A stretch of DNA of 36,769 nucleotides, taken from Candidatus Micrarchaeota archaeon (GTDB lineage Archaea; Micrarchaeota; Micrarchaeia; Micrarchaeales; Micrarchaeaceae). The first letter of the stretch is position 1. Every line of letters begins with the position of its first letter. The DNA lies in NCBI GenBank assembly GCA_027345565.1, contig DAHWIF010000007.1, forward strand, positions 1 to 36,769. The letters are read 5' to 3'. A model generated the notes under the pieces. The model searched no databases, was not told the DNA's origin, and was given only the letters and a program-made list of their open reading frames with translations. The translations under genes were made by a program, and so were the position numbers. Positions 1 to 9,761 of the stretch are shown here, in pieces.

Positions 1-668
1 CCTGCGTTGCCGAACCCCTGCACGGCTATGGTAGCTTTCCTTGGATTTATCTTCAGCGTCTTCGCCGCCTCACGCATCACATACATCCCACCGCGTGCAG
101 TGGAATCCATGCGTCCGGCGCTGCCCCATACCTCTACAGGCTTGCCGGTTATGGCCCCGAACTCGCTTTTCCTCGTTATGTTCATGTATTCATCAAGCAT
201 CCACGCCGTTATCTGCGGGTTTGTATATACATCCGGAGCAGGCACATCGACTTCAGGCCCCATGTCTGTGCCAAGAGCGCGCACGTAGGCCCTCGATAAC
301 GCCTCTATCTCCTTATCGCTCATCTTCTTCGTATCGCAGATCACCCCTCCTTTTCCGCCTCCGAAAGGTATGTCCGCTAGAGAGCACTTCCAGGTCATCC
401 ACGCTGCAAGAGCCTTCACAGTGCTGAGGCTCTCCTGAGGATGGAAGCGTATGCCCCCTTTTGCAGGGCCCCTTGCGTCGTTATACCGCACACGGAAGCC
501 GGTGAAAACCTGCGTACGGCCATTGCCCATCCTGACAGGTATGCTCATCACAAGAACGCGCTTGGGCTCCCTCAGTATCGCGTGCGCTTCCTTGTCGAGC
601 TTCATTATGCTCGCAGCCTCATCAAGCTGCTCTTGCGCTATCTTGAAAGGGTCAAGTTCCTCGGCCAT
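1..668 (-). CDS. gdhA: Glu/Leu/Phe/Val dehydrogenase family, glutamate dehydrogenase (3' end runs off the window)
   Basis: Manual minus-strand translation from ATG at 668 (not in the ORF track because it is open-ended): MAEELDPFKIAQEQL...RGPAKGGIRFHP...MTWKCSLADIPFGGGKGG...DVPAPDV...ITGKP...ATIAVQGFGNAG. These are GDH substrate-binding motifs plus the start of the Rossmann GxGxxG. GGTGA SD upstream. Confidence 0.95.
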   Translation of the reverse strand, partial: MAEELDPFKIAQEQLDEAASIMKLDKEAHAILREPKRVLVMSIPVRMGNGRTQVFTGFRVRYNDARGPAKGGIRFHPQESLSTVKALAAWMTWKCSLADIPFGGGKGGVICDTKKMSDKEIEALSRAYVRALGTDMGPEVDVPAPDVYTNPQITAWMLDEYMNITRKSEFGAITGKPVEVWGSAGRMDSTARGGMYVMREAAKTLKINPRKATIAVQGFGNA

Positions 669-807
669 TTATTCACCAGCTAAAATACGCAGCAACTATT
701 TATTTATGTTTGCTAATGGGTTCGAAATCTGCTAGCCCAGCCCATGCCATGCTCGAAAAATTATTGCTTCCTTCAGCAACAAATCGCTTTTTCGGGCCCG
801 GAAGAAG

Positions 808-823
808 CAGAAAGCTTTAAATA
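808..823 (+). promoter_or_regulatory. BRE/TATA promoter of the pilin gene
   Basis: Purine-rich CAGAAAGC followed by TTTAAATA (816-823), about 33 nt upstream of ATG 856. Confidence 0.55.
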
Positions 824-855
824 CATATATCTTGTTTATCTTCCAAGGTGCATAT

Positions 856-1407
856 ATGTTCTCCAAAGGCAGATTTAAGGCGCAAAGCGCCATGGAATAC
901 CTTATGACGTACGGGTGGGCGATACTTATTATTGCAATAGTGCTCGGTGCACTCTTCTCGTTGGGAGTATTCAGCGGCAGCTCCTTCGTAGGAACAACGT
1001 GCATAGCCGCAGCGGGCTATACATGCTCTAGCGTGTCGTTCTTCAGCGGAACATTCAACGCCGTGGTAGGACAGGCTACCGGGACATCGTGGTCGACAGC
1101 GAACATAGTCTTCATAGTAGGAGGCGGAACACCGCCGTCTATAAATTCCGGAAACACGGTTACAGGCAGCGGGTGCGTATCATCGAACTCTGGAGGGCTC
1201 TCTAGCGGACAGACCTTCGCGGCATCATTCACCGGCTATGTGTCCACAGCAAGCAATATAGCATCAACTGGAGTTGCTACATGCACATCGTTGCCCACTG
1301 CTATTGGCACGACAGAGAGCGGGGCGCTCTGGGCAGCGTATCAGGCTAGCGGAATTAGTGGAGTGCAGTGGATACAGCTAGCGACAGTGACTCTAAAGGA
1401 GACATAA
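856..1407 (+). CDS. Archaeal type IV pilin-like protein (class III signal peptide)
   Basis: MFSKGRFKA/QSAMEYLMTYGWAILIIAIVLGALFSLGVF: basic leader, KA|Q cleavage site, +5 Glu, hydrophobic helix, then a Ser/Thr/Gly-rich head with a Cys pair. Start moved to ATG 856 (GGTG SD upstream). Confidence 0.88.
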   Translation: MFSKGRFKAQSAMEYLMTYGWAILIIAIVLGALFSLGVFSGSSFVGTTCIAAAGYTCSSVSFFSGTFNAVVGQATGTSWSTANIVFIVGGGTPPSINSGNTVTGSGCVSSNSGGLSSGQTFAASFTGYVSTASNIASTGVATCTSLPTAIGTTESGALWAAYQASGISGVQWIQLATVTLKET

Positions 1408-1410
1408 CCC

Positions 1411-1430
1411 TTTCTTTTTTTATTTTTCTT
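1411..1430 (+). terminator. Oligo-T archaeal terminator after the pilin gene
   Basis: TTTCTTTTTTTATTTTTCTT immediately after the TAA stop. Confidence 0.65.
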
Positions 1431-1458
1431 CCTTAGGGTTAGTTATGGGCATGGCTGG

Positions 1459-2388
1459 CTAGTTTCTTGCCCTGAGCTCTGCCAGCTCTTTCCGCATCTT
1501 CAATACCTCCATAAGCTCGTTGGCGCTCAGCAATGGCTTGCTCAGCCTGTCCGTGTCATCTACCGCTATTCGGGGGCATGCGGTGTTTACGAAGGCGTCG
1601 AATTCCCTCATGTTCTCCAATGATACAAAGTCGAATGTATTCGATGTGAGCACGCAGGCCATCAGCCCCTCCCGCTCTATCTTATCCTTCAGTATGCGCG
1701 CGAGCGCCTCGTTATGCTGCCCGTTCTTAGTTGTGAGCAGTATCCCGAAGCTCTTTGCGCCTACAGCCTTCAGTACCTTCCCTCTGCTCCTTCCGTCATA
1801 TATTTTCCTGTACCTGTCTATTGCCTCGACCTTGTTTGCGAACGGCTCAACGACTATGAATGGCTTCGTTGTGCTGAGCAGCGCGCCTAGCGGATGGAAC
1901 ATGCCCCCGCCGAAATAGACGAATGCATCTACATCTCGGTCTATGCTCGCGGCGCTGCCCACATCGCAGCCGAGTATCTGCCCTCGCTTCTTCGCGAAAC
2001 CGTATGGCTTGCCCACAACGACCTTCTTTCCGTTCCTCTCATAGAAGCCCTTTACGGCATCTATTTGGTGGATGTGCTGGATCGTAGTAACAATCCCTAT
2101 CGTATCATAATCCTGTATGGCCTTGAGCGAATCCCAAAGTATGTCGAGCGACGCATCCACATTGTACTCTACATACTCGACATTGAAATCGGCGCGGTGG
2201 AACTCTGCGTGCCCGAAGTGGATCAGCTTGTCGGCGTTTATGCTGCGTGCCTCGTCTATGGCTAGGTCGCATGCGCCGAATGTTGGCGAAGCGGACACGA
2301 ATACTTCGTTGCCATCCTTCTCGAGGCTCTTGGCATATGCCAAGGCCTGCTGCTTCAGCCCCTCTGGGAACTGCAGAAGTAATCGCAT
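1459..2388 (-). CDS. dph2: Diphthamide biosynthesis enzyme Dph2 (2-(3-amino-3-carboxypropyl)histidine synthase)
   Basis: LLQFPEGLK N-terminus; three Fe-S cysteines in FGACD, ILGCD and ACPR; HFGH and GGGMFHPLG motifs. Confidence 0.95.
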   Translation of the reverse strand: MRLLLQFPEGLKQQALAYAKSLEKDGNEVFVSASPTFGACDLAIDEARSINADKLIHFGHAEFHRADFNVEYVEYNVDASLDILWDSLKAIQDYDTIGIVTTIQHIHQIDAVKGFYERNGKKVVVGKPYGFAKKRGQILGCDVGSAASIDRDVDAFVYFGGGMFHPLGALLSTTKPFIVVEPFANKVEAIDRYRKIYDGRSRGKVLKAVGAKSFGILLTTKNGQHNEALARILKDKIEREGLMACVLTSNTFDFVSLENMREFDAFVNTACPRIAVDDTDRLSKPLLSANELMEVLKMRKELAELRARN

Positions 2389-2395
2389 TGAAACA

Positions 2396-2935
2396 CTATG
2401 ATGCTGCTGTCTCTCTCGGCATGGCAGTTATCTTATAGCTGCCGGATAGCTTCGACATGGCCCTCTTCAGCGCCTTCTTTGCCACGTCGATATTCGTGCC
2501 ATTTATCTTTATAAGGAAGATCGGCTGTCCTGGCCTGACCCTCGCAGCCACAGATACAGGCTTGCCGAACGCCAGTGTCATTCCCTGGGATATCCTGTCT
2601 GCGCCCGCACCGGTAGCCATGCGCTTCTCCCTTATCACGTTATGCGGATAGACGCTCAGCGTGAACCAGTACTCACCCGGTATGTTCGCTTCCAGATACT
2701 TGCCGGCGGCTACCCTTGCAGCCTCGAGCGCATTCGACCTGAGCTGCACAAGCCTTTCGCAGTCCAGCGTCACAGCGAGGTTATATGCCCCGCTATCAAC
2801 GCCTGTCTTGAACACGTTCAGGCTCGAGTGCGGAAGCGCCCTTACATAGTTCTTCCTCGGCTTCCTGAGCGAGTACCTCGCCCATGCCTGCGAGTTCGGT
2901 GTCCTGCATGTGCGTGCAGGCCTTAATCTAGCCAT
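2396..2935 (-). CDS. rpl10e: 50S ribosomal protein uL16 (archaeal L10e)
   Basis: MARLRPARTCR...QLRSNALEAARVA...YPHNVIREKRMATGAGADRISQGMTLAFGKP. Start corrected to ATG 2935. Confidence 0.96.
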   Translation of the reverse strand: MARLRPARTCRTPNSQAWARYSLRKPRKNYVRALPHSSLNVFKTGVDSGAYNLAVTLDCERLVQLRSNALEAARVAAGKYLEANIPGEYWFTLSVYPHNVIREKRMATGAGADRISQGMTLAFGKPVSVAARVRPGQPIFLIKINGTNIDVAKKALKRAMSKLSGSYKITAMPRETAAS

Positions 2936-3040
2936 ATCAAAACCTTCTTCAGAACAAGAAGCATTACTAATCTCGCGGCAACCTATAAAAATGCTACTGG
3001 TCGGTATGCGGCGCGGGGTCTCCCATCCCCTCAAAATCTA

Positions 3041-3047
3041 TTTATAA
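3041..3047 (+). promoter_or_regulatory. TATA box of ftsZ (probably leaderless mRNA)
   Basis: TTTATAA preceded by an A-rich stretch, 29 nt upstream of ATG 3076; no obvious SD. Confidence 0.45.
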
Positions 3048-3075
3048 CTTACCTGCGAGTGTTCATCGTGTTGTA

Positions 3076-4119
3076 ATGGAGCTTGTTGATGCGGCATTGA
3101 GCCAGTCGGCAGGCGTAGGCGACGAGGAGCTCTTCCGCGCAAGGATAGCCGTCTGCGGCGTTGGAGGCGGGGGCAGCAACACGATACAGAGGATAAGCAA
3201 GATGGGCGTGAGGGGGGCGAGCCTGATAGCGATCAACACGGATGGCAAGCACCTGAATACGCTAGATACAAGCATAAGGCGAATACTCATAGGCGGTGCG
3301 CTTACAAGGGGGCTTGGCGCAGGCGGCTTCCCGGAGATAGCGAGCAAGGCGGCGCAGTATTCAAGGAATGAGCTTGAAAGCACGCTAGCCGATTACAACC
3401 TTGTATTCATCACGGCGGGCATGGGCGGCGGGACAGGCACAGGCGCCGCGCCGGTAGTAGCTGAGATAGCGAAGAGGGCAGGTGCAGTTGTAATAGGCAT
3501 TGTAACGTTCCCGTTCTCTCTGGAGCGCGTAAGGATAGAGGTAGCAAGAAAAGGCATAGAGGAGCTCAGGCGCAACATAGACACGCTGATAGTCATAGAC
3601 AACCAGAGGCTCGTCGACCTTTACCCTAACGTCGCGATGGAGCAGGCGTTCAAGATAGCGGATGAGGTGGCGTCCAGGGCCGTAAGAGGGATAACAGAGA
3701 CGATAAACCTGCCTAGCCTGATAAACCTCGATTACGCTGATGTGAAGAACGTTATGGGCAGCGGCGGCCTTGCGATGATAAGCGTGGGCGAAGGCAAGGG
3801 GAACAACAAGGTCGAAGATGTGGTCAACGACACGCTGAAGAACAAGCTGCTCGATGTCGATTACGAAGGAGCCACAAGCGTGCTGATACACATAACAGGC
3901 GGGGAGGACATGACGCTTGGGGAGGCTAATGAGGTCGCAAGAAGGTTGACCGACGTGACATCGCCAAACGCGAGCGTCGTCTGGGGGGCGAGGATAGACC
4001 CATCATACAGCGGAAAGATCGAGGTCATAGCGATATTCACTGGCGTGAAGAGCGAATCCATAATGGGCGGCAGGGGCGATGAGAAGGAGGACTTCGGCCT
4101 TGGCAGCCTACAGTTCTGA
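3076..4119 (+). CDS. ftsZ: Cell division protein FtsZ (FtsZ2-like)
   Basis: GVGGGGSN, AINTD, tubulin signature GMGGGTGTG and T7 loop SLINLDYADV (the LDYAD form is typical of archaeal FtsZ2). Confidence 0.97.
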   Translation: MELVDAALSQSAGVGDEELFRARIAVCGVGGGGSNTIQRISKMGVRGASLIAINTDGKHLNTLDTSIRRILIGGALTRGLGAGGFPEIASKAAQYSRNELESTLADYNLVFITAGMGGGTGTGAAPVVAEIAKRAGAVVIGIVTFPFSLERVRIEVARKGIEELRRNIDTLIVIDNQRLVDLYPNVAMEQAFKIADEVASRAVRGITETINLPSLINLDYADVKNVMGSGGLAMISVGEGKGNNKVEDVVNDTLKNKLLDVDYEGATSVLIHITGGEDMTLGEANEVARRLTDVTSPNASVVWGARIDPSYSGKIEVIAIFTGVKSESIMGGRGDEKEDFGLGSLQF

Positions 4120-6417
4120 GACGGCCGTCGAGCCTCCAGAACCCTTATCGCGCTCCAGCTGGTAAACCTTTGCGGATGTTATCTGCTTCAGGTTATCGTC
4201 GTGCGTTATTATGAACACCTGCTCCACGACCCTCGGCAGCGTGTCGCCAAGTACGCTTATCAGCTTCGATATGCCGCTTGCGTCTATGTTGTGTGTCGGC
4301 TCGTCGAGTATCAGCCATCTTAGGTTTGGCACGACCACCATAGATAGCGCTATCCGCATCGCCAAGCAGGCGATGCTGCGCTCCCCGCCGCTGGCGACCG
4401 CATCCACCTGCACCCAGTCGTTTGCGCCGTTGCTCTGCACGCTCACTTCGAGCAGATAGTCATCGGGCTTCGCGCTCAGCCTTAGCATCTGGTAGTCGGC
4501 ATATGGATAAAGCTCTGGCCATATGCCCTGCATCAGGCTGTTTATCGACTGGGTGAGCCTGCCGCGCAGGAATGCTTCGGTGTCGACAAGCGATGTCTTG
4601 AAGATGTTAAGGCTCTTCAATACGGACCTGCGCCTCTCTATCCTCTGCTGCATCTCCTTTATTCCGTCTATCTGCTTCACCAGGCTTGCAATATTCAAAT
4701 CGAGGCTGGACGCCTGCTTCTCCATGCCTGTGATAGTTGCGGTGAGCTTCGCTAACGCTGCGCTCTTCTCCCTCAGGTTCCTTTGCATCGAATCCATGTC
4801 GCTTTGGCTGACCGTAATCGATTCAGACTCTCGCCTGTTATTCTCTGCTAGCTTCATGCAGTTGTCCATCTCGGCCTCGTACTCGGCCTTTTTCTTGTAG
4901 AGTTCAAGGATGGCGCGTGTGTTCTGCGTTTGTTCTTTCAGCCTCTCTAGCTCTAGCCTCCTGTCCTCAAGCGCCCTTGACGATTCCTCAAGGTCCTTCG
5001 AGAGCCTGGCAAAGTGCTTCCTGTTCCTTTCCAATGCATCCTCGACACCGGCGTATTCCTTCAGCCTGCTGTTTGCGAGCGATAGCGCCGCTATCTCGTC
5101 ACCGATCCTTTTTGCCGCGGCCCTTTTCTGCTCTATCAGCAGGTCGTTTTGCGCTATCTCCTTTTGCAGGGCGTTCGCCTCCTTTTGCTTCGTCTCTATC
5201 AGGCGCTCGCTCATCTCCGCGCCTAGTTCCCTCTCACATATCGGGCATTTCGCAAGGTGTTTCCGCAGCTCCTTGATCGAGGTATCTATGTCAGAGAACC
5301 TGCTCCTGCTAAGCGCCGCACTGTTGACCAGCGCGTTAAGCGATTCGGTCGCTTCGGCGAGCTCCTTTTCAAGCGCGGCTATGTTTCCTAGCTTTGCCTG
5401 TGCCTCTACCTTGATCTTTTCGGCCAGCCTCCGCTCGTCGTTCTTTATGGTCGCCTGTATGTCTGCAGCCTCCTTTGTTATTGATTTTACCACTCTCTCT
5501 GCGCTCTCTATCTCCTCTTTTGACTCCTTCTCTTTGGCCAGCTGCTGGGCTAGGACGTTTGAGGCTGCGGTTTCCATAAGATTCTTCGTCTTTGCATTTA
5601 TCTTTTCAAGCTCCTCCTTCAGCAGCTGCACCCTGCCTGCAAGCTCGGCCGCCTTTTTCAGCAACGCGTCCTTTCTCTTGTACATCTGGCGCTGTTTCTC
5701 GGCAAGGCCCTCGAGCAGCTCCAGCTCCGCCTTTGCCGCAGCTTCGCTGCCCTTCAATGCGCCAATCTCCCTCAACGCAGCGGCTTTCTCTGAAGCCGCC
5801 CTCTCAAGCTGATTCGTCAGCGATACGATATCCATTCCAGCAACTGCGTTCTCCTCGCCGCTGGCTGCAGCTCTTATGTTGTTTATCAGCGTCGTGCAGT
5901 TCTCCTCTGCAGCAGCGAACTGGTCCAGGCCCAGCATGCCATCTATCTGCTTCTTCCTGTCGCCTTTGGCTATGTTCAGGAAGTACTCCAGCCCGTTCTG
6001 CTCTGCATATATCGCCCTTGCGAAAGTGTCGTAATCCACCTTAAGTACGCTCGCTATCTCCTCATTCACCCTGACGGGCTGCGACTGGAGATGCGCGCCG
6101 TTCTTGTCCAGCCTTGCCGTGGTGGATCCGGAGCCGGTTATCCTCCTTGTTACAGTATATTCGTCCCTGCCCGCTTCGAAGGTTAGTTTTACCTCCGCCT
6201 CGTTCTCCTGCGCCGGCCTGTTCTTTATCATCCCTTCCAGTTTGGCCCTCCTCTGTTTTACCGTCGGGAATGTCCCGAACAGCGCGAACGATATAGCTTC
6301 CATCACGGAACTCTTTCCGGAGCCCATTATGCCAACGAGGACATTGACGCCTTTCTGGAACGTCATCTTCGTATGCCCGTGGGTTCTCCAGTTGCGGAGC
6401 TCTATCTCCTTTATCAT
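4108..6417 (-). CDS. rad50: Rad50/SbcC SMC-like ATPase
   Basis: Walker A GIMGSGKSS, Q-loop YAEQ, long coiled coil with central zinc hook CPICE, signature SGGE, Walker B LILDEPT, H-loop ITHD. Start set at MIKEIEL (6417). Overlaps the ftsZ end by 12 nt. Confidence 0.9.
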   Translation of the reverse strand: MIKEIELRNWRTHGHTKMTFQKGVNVLVGIMGSGKSSVMEAISFALFGTFPTVKQRRAKLEGMIKNRPAQENEAEVKLTFEAGRDEYTVTRRITGSGSTTARLDKNGAHLQSQPVRVNEEIASVLKVDYDTFARAIYAEQNGLEYFLNIAKGDRKKQIDGMLGLDQFAAAEENCTTLINNIRAAASGEENAVAGMDIVSLTNQLERAASEKAAALREIGALKGSEAAAKAELELLEGLAEKQRQMYKRKDALLKKAAELAGRVQLLKEELEKINAKTKNLMETAASNVLAQQLAKEKESKEEIESAERVVKSITKEAADIQATIKNDERRLAEKIKVEAQAKLGNIAALEKELAEATESLNALVNSAALSRSRFSDIDTSIKELRKHLAKCPICERELGAEMSERLIETKQKEANALQKEIAQNDLLIEQKRAAAKRIGDEIAALSLANSRLKEYAGVEDALERNRKHFARLSKDLEESSRALEDRRLELERLKEQTQNTRAILELYKKKAEYEAEMDNCMKLAENNRRESESITVSQSDMDSMQRNLREKSAALAKLTATITGMEKQASSLDLNIASLVKQIDGIKEMQQRIERRRSVLKSLNIFKTSLVDTEAFLRGRLTQSINSLMQGIWPELYPYADYQMLRLSAKPDDYLLEVSVQSNGANDWVQVDAVASGGERSIACLAMRIALSMVVVPNLRWLILDEPTHNIDASGISKLISVLGDTLPRVVEQVFIITHDDNLKQITSAKVYQLERDKGSGGSTAVSEL

Positions 6418-6465
6418 ACGACCAAGCCAGCATCGCATTTCAGCTATAAAATGCTATCGAAGCCG

Positions 6466-6714
6466 TCAGATGAGGCTCTCCTCTTCTACCTCTATCTCGC
6501 TGACCCCCTCGATCTTCCTTATCTGGTTTTCTATGTTAGAAGAATTAGTCTTCTCGTTGTCGAACACGAAGCGGGCCTTTATCACCTTTATGCCGAACGC
6601 CACCTCCTCTGATTGTATGGCGACCGGCTTCATCTGCTCCTTTATCCTCTTCGTTGCCTCGTCTATCGCACCCTCCTTCGGGTAAACCTTGAATATCACC
6701 GATACTTGAGACAT
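6466..6714 (-). CDS. ef1b: Translation elongation factor aEF-1beta
   Basis: MSQVSVIFKVYP...EEVAFGIKVI...IEGVSEIEV, 82 aa; conserved position downstream of the Zn-ribbon gene. Confidence 0.93.
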   Translation of the reverse strand: MSQVSVIFKVYPKEGAIDEATKRIKEQMKPVAIQSEEVAFGIKVIKARFVFDNEKTNSSNIENQIRKIEGVSEIEVEEESLI

Positions 6715-6878
6715 TACGGCCCCTCGAATCCGCACTCCGTGCATTTGTAGGTGTTTGATATCTCCCTGCAATGATGGCACCGTATAATGGTGCCATTTCC
6801 GCACTTAGGGCATTTGAACTCCGTATACTCATTAGTAAGCCTTCCGCATGAGACACATACTTTTCCTGGAAGAACCAT
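6714..6878 (-). CDS. Small Zn-ribbon protein (DUF1610/HVO_2753 family)
   Basis: CVSC...FKCPKCG...IIRCHHCR...YKCTECGFEGP: four CxxC motifs ending in GFEGP; archaeal synteny with EF-1beta; GGAGG SD upstream of ATG 6878. Confidence 0.92.
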   Translation of the reverse strand: MVLPGKVCVSCGRLTNEYTEFKCPKCGNGTIIRCHHCREISNTYKCTECGFEGP

Positions 6879-6879
6879 G

Positions 6880-8712
6880 CTATCGCCTCCTTCTAGATCC
6901 CCTGCCACTGCCGTGGCGCAGCATCTTTGACACAAGGATCAGTATTATGAAATCAACTATAAGTATTGCCACCAGCACAATGAATATGCCATAGAGGACC
7001 AACAGCTGCACGCTGTAGAGCTGCAGCGACTGCGTCGCCTGCGTAGGCGCAACCGTCGTAGTGGCGGCTCCTGGCGAAAGGCTCTGGTATATGAGCTTTG
7101 TGTCATTGCTCATCTGCTGCGCAAGGAGCGCAGCGCTGTAAGCCTGCAAAGCATAGGAGCGCGAGCTGCTCATGTTATTTGCCATCTCGGACTCGTGCAC
7201 ATAGAACATTGCCTCGTTGGCGAACTGCGAGGCCCATGCCCCGTAAGTCGAGTTATGAGCTATCGCCGCTGCAGCTCCAACCAACTGCGTACTGGTCATG
7301 TTCTGGCTGGTGGTCCCTGCGAGCCCAGAAGCGTACGCATAATCAGAATCCATTATGGCAAGTGGATAGTTCTTGCTCGAGTATGCTTCCTCGGCTGTGA
7401 CAAGATACAGGTTGTCACCGTACGATGAGGCGCGGCTTATCCTTGAAGCTGCGACGCCTGAGAGGCTCTGCTGCACATGCACAGGCGTGCCGCCTATGCT
7501 ACTGGAGATGCCGAACATGTAGTTGGCTGCCGCGCACCAGCCGTTGGCCTGTGCGCCGCTGTACATAGATTCTAGCACGGTGTCTGTAGTGAACTGGCTC
7601 GTGTTTGAATATAGCGAAAGCGCGCTTGATGCGGTGTAAGTTCCCCATGCCTGCCTTAGCTCACCGGCGATGACCCATTCGTAGTTCTGCTCCGTAAGCG
7701 CAGGGGCGCTGAGTGATGTGCAATAGCCGCTTATGCCCTGCAGGGTGCTCTTCCCCGTGTCTATCGTGGCGCCGCTGTGCGCGAAGTAGTATGCGTTTAT
7801 GTAGTTGAGGAAGCTTGTGTCTGCAGCAGCATAAAGGTAACCAAGCGACGCTATCGCCCTGCTCTGATTAAGCGTGGCATAGAACTGCACCGTTGCGTTC
7901 GGGTACCCCGATACGTTTGCTATCTCAGATGAGGTAATATTCAGGGTGAAGTTCGCAAGCCCGGAGAATGGCGTGGCGTCGCAGCCGTTGCTGCACGATA
8001 TGTTAGCCACAGGTATTAACCCAGTATGGTAATCAGTATATGAATTGAAAGTGGTGTTTTCGTTTGCTATGGGAACCTCACCGAATGCGTATCCCGCGGC
8101 TTCGCTTATGTTGGCTACCTCTATCATCGGAATGTGGAACCTCCCTTGTATCAGATAATAGAGCATATTCTCTTCGCTGCCTGGAGCCGCTACGGGGACC
8201 ATCATGAACCTTAAGTTGTGGGCCGCGGCTGCGCTAGCCTTGTCGTATACGCCTCCGATAGGGCCTATGCTGCCGTTGTATATCGTGCCGGTAACTGTGA
8301 AATCATGCAGGAGGGGTCTCCCGGATATCGCTGATATCGCAAGCAGGGTCATCGCAGTGCCTGCGCTCGGGCCCGATACGCTCTCGTTATAATCCGCTAT
8401 CGTATATGTGAAGTTGTAAGCATCCTGTGGGAGGTTGAGATACTGCGCGGCGGAGAACGAGGCGTTGATCGCCGATGCGTTAGTGTCTCCAGCTACGCTG
8501 CGCGGCCCTATTATCTTTACCATGCCGATTCCGTTCCTGACTACAACAGATATGTTTGTGAGCGCACCTGTGTTGTTTACCGTAACTGCCGGGGCCATTA
8601 TCGACGCAGTGCCTACGAACGGCATAGCTGTGCCTTGCGCGGCCGCCAGCTGCAAGGCGAGCACTGCAGAGAGAAGCACCAGCGTTAGATAGCGCAAAAT
8701 TGCCTTAGACAT
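6880..8712 (-). CDS. Secreted/membrane-anchored S16 (Lon-like proteolytic domain) serine protease, COG1750-like
   Basis: N-terminal signal peptide; Lon Ser-Lys dyad motifs VSGPSAG and IGPIGGVYDKASAA; VTGTI; no AAA domain; C-terminal TM helix with basic tail; many N-x-S/T sequons. Confidence 0.85.
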   Translation of the reverse strand: MSKAILRYLTLVLLSAVLALQLAAAQGTAMPFVGTASIMAPAVTVNNTGALTNISVVVRNGIGMVKIIGPRSVAGDTNASAINASFSAAQYLNLPQDAYNFTYTIADYNESVSGPSAGTAMTLLAISAISGRPLLHDFTVTGTIYNGSIGPIGGVYDKASAAAAHNLRFMMVPVAAPGSEENMLYYLIQGRFHIPMIEVANISEAAGYAFGEVPIANENTTFNSYTDYHTGLIPVANISCSNGCDATPFSGLANFTLNITSSEIANVSGYPNATVQFYATLNQSRAIASLGYLYAAADTSFLNYINAYYFAHSGATIDTGKSTLQGISGYCTSLSAPALTEQNYEWVIAGELRQAWGTYTASSALSLYSNTSQFTTDTVLESMYSGAQANGWCAAANYMFGISSSIGGTPVHVQQSLSGVAASRISRASSYGDNLYLVTAEEAYSSKNYPLAIMDSDYAYASGLAGTTSQNMTSTQLVGAAAAIAHNSTYGAWASQFANEAMFYVHESEMANNMSSSRSYALQAYSAALLAQQMSNDTKLIYQSLSPGAATTTVAPTQATQSLQLYSVQLLVLYGIFIVLVAILIVDFIILILVSKMLRHGSGRGSRRRR

Positions 8713-8768
8713 AGAATTCAAAAAGCTATAGAGATTAACCTATAAAAAGGCTCCGTATCTTTTCGGGT

Positions 8769-9752
8769 TTAGACAAGCCCGTAAAACAGCAGGTACATCA
8801 GTATGCCGGCCAAGACCCCTAAAAGCAGAGGGGGTATTGCAGGCAGCGGCCTCTTGTACCTCCGTAGTATGAAGGTTGTTAGGATGAGCCCGAGCGTAGA
8901 GCCTATAACTATGAAGAAGCTCAGGGTGAAGCTGAATGCCACCTTGTACGCCGCAACTGCCACCATCAGCGGAACGGCGAGGTCGCCGGCGCCGAGCTCC
9001 ATGTGCGCCGCTACCGGCAGCATTCCACGTTTGTACATGCGCACTAGCGCCGATGGCAGCTTTACTCCCTTAATCTCCTTGTTGAACTCTGCAACCTCTC
9101 CGCTGCTGAAGCTGCTCTTCGGTATCGCCTCAACTTCGTTGACCCCCACAAGGAAGGCGAGGTTCCTCGATGACATCGCCTTGGCCATCGTTATCATGTG
9201 CTTCGTGACGAACACCGCTATGAAGTCATAGACGGCGAGTATCGCCATGAATACGAGTGCGACTATAAAACTGAAGCTGATTCCTATTAGGAGGCCGACG
9301 CCCGCACTGGCTATTATCGTCGCCGTGTTCCTCAGCCTTGGGAATCTATTCTTCAGAACGATTAATGCGAGCGCGGCCGCTATGCCTATGATAAAGTTTG
9401 TCGTTATCGTGTTGCCGGCTATGCTAAAAAGAACGCTGGTGGTGGCGAGCCCTGAAACCAGCATGAATACGAAGAAGGATGTTATGAATATTACCGCCCC
9501 TTCAAATATTATGAACAGCTTGTCACCTTTATAGAGCTTCATTATAAGGAGCAGCACTAGAGCCAGCACTATGATGTAGACGATGAAGAAAAGCGCGCTT
9601 GCCGCAGAGGTTATGACCTGCGCTGCGGCCACCTGCTGGTACGTTGCCCCGCTGTATATCTCGCTAGCTAGGAAGAGCCCGAAGAACTGCACTATCATGA
9701 AGATTACTAGTATCTGCAGTACCTGCCTGGTCTCTATAACTCGTAAAGACAA
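8769..9752 (-). CDS. Presenilin/signal-peptide-peptidase family intramembrane aspartyl protease (PSH)
   Basis: About 9 TM helices with the YD motif (LAVYDFIAV), GxGD motif (LGAGD) and PAL-like motif (PLPAIP). Confidence 0.92.
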   Translation of the reverse strand: MSLRVIETRQVLQILVIFMIVQFFGLFLASEIYSGATYQQVAAAQVITSAASALFFIVYIIVLALVLLLIMKLYKGDKLFIIFEGAVIFITSFFVFMLVSGLATTSVLFSIAGNTITTNFIIGIAAALALIVLKNRFPRLRNTATIIASAGVGLLIGISFSFIVALVFMAILAVYDFIAVFVTKHMITMAKAMSSRNLAFLVGVNEVEAIPKSSFSSGEVAEFNKEIKGVKLPSALVRMYKRGMLPVAAHMELGAGDLAVPLMVAVAAYKVAFSFTLSFFIVIGSTLGLILTTFILRRYKRPLPAIPPLLLGVLAGILMYLLFYGLV

Positions 9753-9761
9753 ACGGCTCCC

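Noticed and set aside
7-735. Several plus-strand ORFs (7-288, 41-427, 441-683, 451-735)
   Set aside because: Antisense shadows of the minus-strand glutamate dehydrogenase, which the ORF track missed because it runs off the window.
4211-6685. Long Ser/Ala/Phe-rich plus-strand ORFs (e.g. 4910-5812, 300 aa)
   Set aside because: Antisense to the Glu/Lys-rich coiled coil of Rad50; the composition is what the reverse complement predicts.
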